Source of the DNA: Nitrospirota bacterium
GTDB taxonomy: Bacteria > Nitrospirota > UBA9217
DNA length: 64,000 nt
NCBI GenBank assembly: GCA_963754875.1
Contig: CAVWHO010000017.1
Span: 144,949 to 208,948 of the forward strand
Direction: 5' to 3'
Positions 56,409 to 64,000 of this stretch are shown here, piece after piece; positions within the stretch are counted from its first letter, which is position 1; the number at the start of each line of letters is the position of its first letter. Below the pieces are notes generated by a model. That model did not search any database, was not told the DNA's origin, and saw nothing but the letters and a program-made list of their open reading frames with translations. Made by a program: the position numbers and the translations under genes.

Positions 56409-58187
56409 TCAGGCACCAGGCATCTGACTGCATTCGTTGAACACCCGGAGCCGGCAGACCCGGCACCGTTCGGGGTCGAGCCGGGGAACGATCGCCCGTA
56501 TGGCGGCCAGCTTGGACCCCAGGATGTTCTCCTCCCCGATGCGCTCGGTATACCCTCCGCGATGAAGCGTCTCGACAACCTCCCCCTTTAACGAGCAGAG
56601 GTAGAGCTTTCTACCCTCCAGGTGCAGCCGGTGGGCCTCGTTCGCCAGGGTCTCGGCGCCGGCCACATCGATGAAGTTGATCCCGCCGCCGACGATCAGG
56701 ATATGGGCCTGCTCGGGGTTCGCGCGCGTCACGGCGTGCAGTTCCTCGGCAAAGTAATTCACGGCACCGAAGAAGAGTGAACCGTCCACGCGCAGAATCT
56801 TGAGCTGCGGGCATTCGGGCAAGTCCATCCGCTCGATGTTGATGAAGCGCTGATGGTCGTCCTGGTGCTCCGGCACCAGCGTCACGAACCCGGGATGGGA
56901 AGTTCGGTTCAGGTAAAGCAGCAGAGAGAGCATGACGCCCACGTAGATCGCAAACTCCAGCTCCACGAGCAGCGTGGCAAGGAGGGTGACAGCAAGCACT
57001 GCTGCTTCCTGGCGGCTCGTCCGAACGATGGTCGCAATATGATGAAAGTCGATGAGGTTCCATGCGACGAGCAGCAGCACGCCCGCCATTGCCGGAATCG
57101 GCAGATAGGCCGTGAGCGGCGCGATAAGGAGCAGAATGAGCAAAAGAGCAATTGCGGCGAACACGGCCGCCAGGGGCGTCCGCGCCCCGGCGTCGAAGTT
57201 AACGCCCGTGCGGGTGAAGGAGCCCGATGAGGCGTAGCTCGAGAAGAAGCTGCCGACTATGTTCGCCAGGCCCTGGCCGATGAACTCCTGGTTGCTGTCG
57301 ATGCGCTGCTGGGACCGTGTGGCCACGGCGCGGGCAATGGAGACCGCCTCGGCCAGGCCGAGCATGGCCACGGCCAGCGCGGCCGGAGCGAGGCTGCGGA
57401 TATTTGCCGTCGAGAGGTCGGGCAGCGAAAAAGGCGGCAGGTGCGCGGGCAGCGAGCCGACGAGGCGCACGCCATGCTCCTTTCCGTTCAGCAGGAGCGA
57501 CAGGAGGCTTCCGATGACCATGGCGACGAGCATGCCCGGCAGCTTCGGAAGATAGCGCTTGAACAGCAGCGCGAACATGAGGGTAGTCAGGGCGATCGCA
57601 ACAACGACGGGATTAATGGCGGAGAGATGCTGCAGCAGGTCGACCCAGACATGAATGAACGCGTGACGCTTCGAACCGGGAACGCCGAGAAAGTTGCTGA
57701 GCTGGCTCGTGCCGATCAGGAGCGCAGCGCCCGCGGTGAAGCCCACTACGACCGAATGCGATACGAAGTTCACGAGCGCCCCGAGCCGCGCGACACCCAG
57801 GGACAGCTGGAACAGGCCGGCCAGGAACGTTATGGCCAGGACCATCTCGATGTACGACGGGCTGCCCACCTGCACGAGCGGGCTGACCGTCGTGAACAGT
57901 ACGATGGATATGGCCGTCGTCGGTCCGGATACCAGGTGGAAAGACGAGCCGAAGAGCGCGGCAATGATGGCGGGGACGATGGCCGTATAGAGGCCATATT
58001 CCGGCGGCAATCCTGCGATCATGGCAAAGGCCACGCCCTGCGGCAGGACAATGATCGCGCCGGTAAGACCCGCCAGAAGATCGCTGCGCATTGTACGACG
58101 GGTAACCTGCGGCCACCAGTCAGCAGGCGGGAAGATTTTTTTGATCAGAGCAGCAGTGTCGCTCATAGTCGTTCCCTTCGGCTCCAT
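56409..58187 (-). CDS. SulP-family anion transporter with C-terminal STAS domain
   Basis: Multi-TM core and STAS-like tail (...HILIVGGGINFIDVAGAETL...). Confidence 0.85.
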   Translation of the reverse strand: MEPKGTTMSDTAALIKKIFPPADWWPQVTRRTMRSDLLAGLTGAIIVLPQGVAFAMIAGLPPEYGLYTAIVPAIIAALFGSSFHLVSGPTTAISIVLFTTVSPLVQVGSPSYIEMVLAITFLAGLFQLSLGVARLGALVNFVSHSVVVGFTAGAALLIGTSQLSNFLGVPGSKRHAFIHVWVDLLQHLSAINPVVVAIALTTLMFALLFKRYLPKLPGMLVAMVIGSLLSLLLNGKEHGVRLVGSLPAHLPPFSLPDLSTANIRSLAPAALAVAMLGLAEAVSIARAVATRSQQRIDSNQEFIGQGLANIVGSFFSSYASSGSFTRTGVNFDAGARTPLAAVFAAIALLLILLLIAPLTAYLPIPAMAGVLLLVAWNLIDFHHIATIVRTSRQEAAVLAVTLLATLLVELEFAIYVGVMLSLLLYLNRTSHPGFVTLVPEHQDDHQRFINIERMDLPECPQLKILRVDGSLFFGAVNYFAEELHAVTRANPEQAHILIVGGGINFIDVAGAETLANEAHRLHLEGRKLYLCSLKGEVVETLHRGGYTERIGEENILGSKLAAIRAIVPRLDPERCRVCRLRVFNECSQMPGA

Positions 58188-58611
58188 GCTTTTTCTCTTA
58201 CCTTAACCCGCTTCTTGCGGCGGCGATACCTACTAGAAACTATTATATCCTAAACCGGACGAGCCGGTACTACAAGAAATCTCCGACAATCAAGAGAGAC
58301 ACCAACGGGATCATCAATCCCGCGACTTGGAATCCCTGGCTCCGGTTGGAGCAGCTCCACTAAACCAGGATGCACACAACATTAATACGTTACTTATGCA
58401 CATTGATGCAAATATGCCCTAAAGGCTACCCGTTATGCCAGTAGCTGGCAAATTTAAAAAGAAGAATTAATTTAGGTTTAATTCAGCGTGCAAAGACGAA
58501 ATTATTGAAAGTCTGCGGGAATACTGTCATTGAATGGAAGGATGTTTTAGTTCAGCGTGAACTGGACATTTTGCCGATTTGAGATAGTCTATCTCGAACG
58601 GAGGAAAATTC

Positions 58612-58785
58612 ATGCGAAAAAAGGCGTCACAATACACAACCAGTACCGCACTGCTTCATTTACGCGATGTGTGGTGGACAATAGTAAAGGCGAAAAAAAA
58701 TATCCTTGCCCTTTCAAAAAGTTTGACAGCAGTATCGATTTCTGCACAACTATTCAACTTTAAACACATCAAGGATTGCATATGA
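58612..58785 (+). CDS. candidate 57-aa small protein, convergently overlapping the 3' end of the membrane-protein gene
   Basis: SD GGAGGA 7 nt before ATG 58612. Product MRKKASQYTTSTALLHLRDVWWTIVKAKKNILALSKSLTAVSISAQLFNFKHIKDCI. Speculative. Confidence 0.25.
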   Translation: MRKKASQYTTSTALLHLRDVWWTIVKAKKNILALSKSLTAVSISAQLFNFKHIKDCI

Positions 58786-59430
58786 GGCAATCGCGATGGT
58801 TAAAGCACAGACAGCTCTAAATAATTGGATAGGAAGTCCAAGAATGGGATTAATAAGCAGCCCCCCGAACACGGCATAGCACAAAAAACCAAATGCGGCG
58901 ACGTTTAAACCTCTAATCAATTTCGGGATATTAGCGGCTTTCATAGTATTGCCAAGCTTGAACAGTACAAATGCGCTAAACGCCGACCCCACGATGCCAA
59001 AGCTGTAACGTGCGATAAGTCCCATTTGACTAATGTCAGAGATACCGAGGACAAAGATGGCCACTATGTATATCACGAATAGAAAAAATGGAATTGCTCT
59101 GACGATACCTTTTTTTTCAGATTTGTACGTTATGAGGTTGATTGCAAACTGCAGCAAGAAGACAAAAGATAGAATCATCATTATTTGTCCTACGTAGAGA
59201 AGTTGGACAGATTCCGACATGGTTAAAGTCTTGCCGACGAATCTTGCCCAATCGGTCAGTTCTGCCGCACCATGCATGAAACCAAATACAACAAGCATCC
59301 AAAACGATGACACTAAGGCAATGGCAGTAGTCTTTACAAGCTCCGTGCCAATAAGAGTCGCCATTACCATGAAACTTAGTCCGTAAACCAGAAAGATATA
59401 AAAGAGCGGCTGCGTGAAAAGTTTATCCAT
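58750..59430 (-). CDS. integral membrane protein of unknown function (about 7 TM)
   Basis: ATG 59430 with GGAGGAG SD. Product MDKLFTQPLFYIFLVYGLSFMVM... The tabulated start 59448 lacks an RBS. Confidence 0.6.
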   Translation of the reverse strand: MDKLFTQPLFYIFLVYGLSFMVMATLIGTELVKTTAIALVSSFWMLVVFGFMHGAAELTDWARFVGKTLTMSESVQLLYVGQIMMILSFVFLLQFAINLITYKSEKKGIVRAIPFFLFVIYIVAIFVLGISDISQMGLIARYSFGIVGSAFSAFVLFKLGNTMKAANIPKLIRGLNVAAFGFLCYAVFGGLLINPILGLPIQLFRAVCALTIAIASYAILDVFKVE

Positions 59431-59450
59431 ATCTCCTCCATGCCACAAAA

Positions 59451-59720
59451 CTAATCGAACGTTTCTAAAAGATTCTTCAAATCTTCATTTACCATCTTTG
59501 ATTCATTTTTTGATTCAAATAACGATACGGCTTTTGTAATGTTCTCAACGAGGATTTGCATATCGCTCTTATCCAGGCTTGCTACCGGTTTATTCATTTT
59601 CGCAAGATTGTTTTTTAGGATAGAGCCCGCAATAATTTTACCGATTTTCATAGTTAAAGCAGCTTCGACTTTTTTCAGAAATTCTTCCTGTTTCATAGGC
59701 ATTTTATAGCATGAAAGCAC
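59451..59720 (-). CDS. small hypothetical protein co-oriented with the membrane-protein gene
   Basis: 89-aa ORF 3 nt upstream of the membrane gene. Start uncertain (GTG/ATG options). Confidence 0.4.
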   Translation of the reverse strand: MLSCYKMPMKQEEFLKKVEAALTMKIGKIIAGSILKNNLAKMNKPVASLDKSDMQILVENITKAVSLFESKNESKMVNEDLKNLLETFD

Positions 59721-59831
59721 ACAGAAAGCGAGAAAAAATTGTTTTGTGAAATAAATGTTGTTTGCGGGATAATACTCTGGAAGGGGCGAGGAGAAATTGA
59801 AACCATCCTAGGGGGGACAGCCCTACGTATA

Positions 59832-60287
59832 CTACGAATCCAGTACCTCCCTCATCTTTTTCAGCAGGTCCATCGGGGAGAGCGGTTTCATGAGAAATTC
59901 AACACCTTTTTCGACGAGGTCCTCGGAAATTTTTTTATCGGCCGTATAACCGCTCACAAAAAGTGTCTTTATGCCGGGTTGAACCTTTTGTATCTCTCGA
60001 TACACTTCACGGCCGTTCTTTTTCGGCATGATCATGTCGAGGATGACGAGCTTGATGACGTCCTTATGCATCATGAACTTGTGAACGGCGTCTGCTCGTC
60101 CTCCGCTTCGACGACCGTATAACCAGCCTCCTTAAGCACCGTATGGGATAGCTGCCGCACTGTTTCGTCATCTTCGGCGACCAGCACGGTTTCCGTTCCG
60201 CCGGGAAATTTTTCTTCGGGAATGCCGGCGGTCAAAGTCGGGGGTTCAGCTTCTCTCTCGATCAGCGGCAGGTAGATCTTCTTTCTA
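59832..60287 (-). pseudogene. remnant of a hybrid sensor histidine kinase: last residues of the HATPase domain, linker and receiver domain, interrupted by a 1-nt frameshift; the kinase body is missing
   Basis: Minus-strand ...KIYLPLIEREAEPPTLTAGIPEEKFPGGTETVLVAEDDETVRQLSHTVLKEAGYTVVEAEDE, then a frame switch near 60080 into ADAVHKFMMHKDVIKLVILDMIMPKKNGREVYREI...FVSGYT. Upstream is AT-rich junk with a stop. Confidence 0.6.
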
Positions 60288-60771
60288 TATTATATAAGGA
60301 TAGATCATATATCGAAGAACCTAATACTCTAGAAGTGGTTAAGAAGGGGTATTTTAAGGGTAGGCGGAAAGTATCAGGTTTTGATCCATTTCTTACTGCC
60401 GCCACGCCATGCGGCGATGTGGTCCACGAGGTCCGCATCCGGCTTATGCGCACCTGAGAGCTGTAAGCGAGATTCAAAATGGATGTCGTACTGTTTCCCG
60501 ACGGTTTTATCGGCAAGAACAGGATACTTTAGGAAGATGAGGGGGGAAATCCGGTGTATTCCGCATCCTGGCATTATGTTCGATTACCTTCTCCTTTCTC
60601 CGGCCTTGCCATCCGGTCAATGAAGCGCTATCCTTGTCCATATAATACCGCTCTGCATTCGTCTTGAGGCAAAGCATCACTGGCAATTGCATAAGTTCAT
60701 AGTTAGATCTCGAAGCGCACCGCTTTTCTTTTCAATATATCAATTTCATGATCTCTACAAAGGAGAGCTGC

Positions 60772-61416
60772 GTGAAAAACGAAAAAGAAAACGACGATAA
60801 AAAAGATGAGACCAGGAACTATGCATCCTCGCCGGGGCTGACCCGCCGCGGTTTTCTGACAACCCTAGGGGCAGGAGCCGTGACCCTCGCGGTCTCGGAC
60901 AAGGTCCATGCAGCGCCTGTTGCGGATGCGGAAATGACCGAACGCGGAGAGATGACGAAACTCGTGCTGCAGATCAACGGCCGCAAATACCGCCTGCTCG
61001 TGGAGCCGCGCTGGTCGCTCTTGTACGTGCTGCGCGAACAGCTGGGGCTGACCGGCACCAAGGTCGGGTGCGAACGCGGCGAGTGCGGCTCCTGCACCGT
61101 GCTCATCGACGATGTCCCGCGATACGCCTGCATGACCCTGGCAGTTGAGGCCGAAGGAGCGAGGATCACGACCCTCGAAGGGCTCATGAAAGGCGAGGAA
61201 CTCGGACCTGTGCAGCAGGCCTTCGTGGAACAGGACGCTTTCCAGTGCGGTTACTGCACGCCGGGCCAGATCATGGCCGTCGAGGGGCTTCTGCGCAAGA
61301 ACCCTCATCCGTCGACAGAAGAGATCCGAAATGGCATGAGCGGCAACCTGTGCCGCTGTGGTACCTACAAACACATCGTCAATGCCGTAAAGAAAGCTGC
61401 GGAGCTGAAAAAATAA
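60772..61416 (+). CDS. Tat-exported [2Fe-2S]-binding small subunit of a xanthine-dehydrogenase-family Mo-hydroxylase (PaoA/YagT-like)
   Basis: GTG 60772 after AAGGAGAG. Twin-arginine signal TRRGFLTTLGAGAVTLAVS; GCERGECGSCTV and CGYCTPGQ ... CRCGTY cluster motifs. Confidence 0.85.
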   Translation: MKNEKENDDKKDETRNYASSPGLTRRGFLTTLGAGAVTLAVSDKVHAAPVADAEMTERGEMTKLVLQINGRKYRLLVEPRWSLLYVLREQLGLTGTKVGCERGECGSCTVLIDDVPRYACMTLAVEAEGARITTLEGLMKGEELGPVQQAFVEQDAFQCGYCTPGQIMAVEGLLRKNPHPSTEEIRNGMSGNLCRCGTYKHIVNAVKKAAELKK

Positions 61417-61669
61417 ATCATCATTACGGAGGCACAGCCTGCATTCGCGCGACGCGCTCATAAACGCTGGCCGCAGGCTGAGGCACGGAGAAAGAGAAAT
61501 GTCCAAAGGTTGGCTCCGATTTCTTGCAGCGCACGCTACGCACGCAGAGCGTGTAAGATCCGAAATGAAAATTAAAGATTAAGCTTTGCGGCCTTCGCGC
61601 CTTTGCAAGAAGAAGTCTTTTCTCTGTGTTCTCAGTGGATACTGTTTTGAAGATATCGTGAGGTGGACA

Positions 61670-64000
61670 ATGCAAAAGGACGACAAAGAACTCTACTTCG
61701 CGCAGAACATGCCCGTGCCGGAAACACCGCTGCCTGCTCGCGGCGTGAAACCGTGGCAACTAACAAAGGTAGTGGGCAAACCATTGCCGCGCGTGGATGC
61801 GTACGAGCGTGTGAGCGGGAATGCGGTCTATCCCTCGGACGTGCTTCTGTCCGACATGCTCTATGCCGCCATTCTTCGCTGCCCCCACCCCCATGCCGTT
61901 GTGAAGGACGTTGATACGAAAGAGGCGGAAAAGATGATCGGCGTCCGTGCCGTGCTGACAGATGCGAGCAAGGAAGCCGACGTCCTGTGGCCCTGGTCGC
62001 CGGATGTGAAGACCAGGCTCTTTGATCCGGAGTGCCGCTTCGAAGGCGAGGTTGTTGCCGCAGTGGCTGCAGAGACCTTGTACCAGGCATGGGATGCGGT
62101 TCGTGCCATCAAGGTGAAGTACGAAGTCCTGCCTTTCGTGTCCGATGAGCGAAGATCACTCGATGCAGGGGCAGCGCAGGTCCACACAACAGGGAATAAG
62201 ATCAAAACGGACAAGTACGAGCGCGGCGACGTGGCAAAGGGCTTTGCTGAGGCAGATGTGGTGCTTGAACAGACCTACCGGAACGAGTGCGAGCTCCATA
62301 CTCCCCAGGAGCTGCATGGCGGCGTGGCAAAGTGGGACGGCGATAGCCTCACGATCTGGGAGTCCACGCAGGGGGTGTTTGCGGTCCAGGCCCGGGTCGC
62401 TGAAGTGCTGCGTCTGCCGCTTTCGAAGGTACGCGTGATCGGGCATTATATGGGAGGCGGCTTCGGCAGCAAGCTGCAGGCCGACAAAGCAACCATCATC
62501 GCGGCATTGCTCGCCAGGAAGACCGCCCGTCCGGTCAAGATGGTCCTGTCGCGCGAAGAGACCTTTCTTGCCGTGGGCAACCGGCCTCCGGGCACGCATG
62601 AAACTGAAAGCAGGAGTGAAGAAGGACGGTACGCTGACCGCCCTCGAGTTCAGCGGCATCGGCGAGCAGCGGCGCCTATCCCGCAGGCGGCACGGCGCTC
62701 ATGGACTGGCTGGTGCGCGATCTTTACCTCTGCCCGAACGTGCGCACCGAGACCACGGACGTGTACATCAACGCCGGACCTGCGCGGCCTTTCCGCGCGC
62801 CGGGCCATCCGCAGGGCGCGTGGGCGCTTGAGCAGATGCTCGATAGCCTGGCCGAGGCGATCAAGATGGATCCTGTCGAGCTCCGGCTCAAGAATATCCC
62901 TACCTTCAGCCAGGCGCGGCCGGGCAATCCTCCCTATACCACGACCGGTCTTCGGGAGTGCCTTGAAAAAGGCGCAGAGGCCTTCGGATGGAAGGAAGCG
63001 CGGAAAAGAACCGCTTTGAGACTCCGGCGACCGGCCATATCAGAAGAGGGGTGGGCATGGCCGCCGGCCTCTGGGTTGCCGGCGGGGGCAATCCCCCTTC
63101 CACGGTGATCGTGAAGCTCTTCTCCGACGGCAGCGCAAATCTCAATATGGGCGCGAGCGACATCGGCACGGGCACGAAGACCGTCATGGCCATGGTCGTT
63201 GCCGAGGAACTGGGCGTAAAGCCCGAAGCGCTCCAGATCGAGAATGCCGACACGGGCACGACGCAGTACGCAACGCCGAGCGGCGGCAGCAAGACCGTGC
63301 CCACGGAAGCGCCGACAGTGCGCGCTGCCGCGCTCAGCGTAAAACAGCAGCTCCTTGAGCTGGCGGCCCAGGACCTGAAAGCCGAGTGCCGGGGACCTGG
63401 AGCTGCATCGGGGATGAGGTCGTGTCTACTCTGGACCCGTCGAAAAAGATCAAGATCATCGAGTGTTACCGGGTCTCAAGAAGCGCGGGGTGATCGTGGG
63501 CGTCGGATACCGCGGCCCGAACCCCGAGGGCAAGGTGGTGAACCCCTTTGCAGCCCAGTTCTGCGAGGTCGAGGTGAACATGAGGACCGGCGAGGTCAGG
63601 ATCATCCGGTTCCTGGCAGCCCACGACAGCGGAAGGGTGATGAACCGGCTGACCTTCGACAACCAGGTCTTCGGCGGCATCGTCATGGGCATCGGCTTCG
63701 GTATGACCGAGGCGCAGGATCCTGGACAAGAACCAGACCGGCAAGATGGTGAACAAGAACTGGCACGATTACAAAGTGCCGACGATGCTCGATGTTCCCG
63801 CGGACATGACGTCGCTGCCGATCGAAGTTCCGGACAACGAGGCCAATATCGCGGGTGCAAAGGGCCTGGGCGAACCCGTCACGATACCGACGGCAGCGGC
63901 CATTGCGAATGCCGTGTATCACGCAACGGGCGTACGCGTGACCGAAACGCCCATGAGCCTGTTGCGGCTTGCGAAGATGTTTGCGGAAGCGAAGAAGTAA
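61670..64000 (+). CDS. molybdopterin-binding large subunit of the Mo-hydroxylase (CoxL/PaoC-like), interrupted by at least seven frameshifts in G/C homopolymers; stop TAA is the last codon of the window
   Basis: The homologous reading frame jumps between ORFs 61586.., 62568.., 62701.., 62988.., 63746.. and untabulated segments (...TFLAVGNRPP / ARMKLKAGVKKDGTLTALEFSGIG / SSGAYPAGGTALMDWLVRDL / KNRFETPATGHIRRGVGMAAGLW / DLELHRG / EVVSTLDPSKK / VIVGVGYRGPNPEGKVVNPF / ILDKNQTGKMVNKNWHDYKVPTMLDVP). Confidence 0.75.

Noticed and set aside
56853-58253. Plus-strand ORFs of 98-270 aa rich in Arg/Glu
   Set aside because: Antisense to the SulP transporter gene.

Overview
This 64-kb window reads as a mosaic bacterial chromosome segment, probably from an anaerobe (it carries a hybrid-cluster protein, a multihaem cytochrome and several ferredoxins). 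Composition is patchy: roughly 50 % GC at the left, an AT-rich block at 18.8-26.7 kb, 60-62 % GC from 44.6 kb onward, and a low-GC islet at 58.2-60.7 kb.

Left edge: mobile-DNA debris, namely the 3' part of an IS21-type istB, a 5'-truncated group II intron (maturase/X domain plus domain V/VI) and a MITE-like element with perfect 20-bp inverted repeats. Next comes a tRNA-3'-end-like scar with a perfect 24-26-bp palindrome and a small conserved gene. This module is repeated 26.9 kb downstream.

Between the two copies lie:
- a SNF2_assoc/SNF2-helicase + SWIM-protein module, interrupted by frameshifts;
- adjacent VapBC and HigBA toxin-antitoxin pairs;
- a PAS-LuxR regulator;
- a large exopolysaccharide locus: Wza-like exporter, Wzz/GumC-like chain-length protein, BY-kinase-like ATPase, priming sugar transferase, O-antigen-ligase-like polymerase, flippase, Gmd-like dehydratase, GT4/GT26 transferases, pyruvyl transferase, deacetylase and a GH5 hydrolase. 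The locus is split by an IS481-like element and dotted with IS30 and IS3 relics.

Right of the second repeat copy: PilZ proteins, an IS with an A8C slippery site, a lipoprotein multihaem cytochrome c, YnfA, glmS (atypical Ser1 and a C-terminal extension), an SspB-like adaptor, a ferredoxin, secreted/lipoprotein hypotheticals and a NarL-type regulator. These are followed by an ArsM-like SAM methyltransferase whose reading frame passes through an in-frame TGA at the conserved Cys position, with a bacterial-SECIS-like hairpin exactly 11 nt downstream (candidate selenoprotein). Further right: a POT transporter, hcp, tandem-PilZ, Tag glycosylase, a REC-PAS-GGDEF-EAL protein, a SulP transporter, a truncated hybrid-kinase remnant, and a Tat-exported 2Fe-2S plus molybdopterin subunit pair of a Mo-hydroxylase.

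Many genes carry frameshifts at homopolymer runs. That pattern suggests indel sequencing errors or widespread pseudogenisation, and must be checked before any functional claim. I found no CRISPR array, rRNA or intact tRNA.
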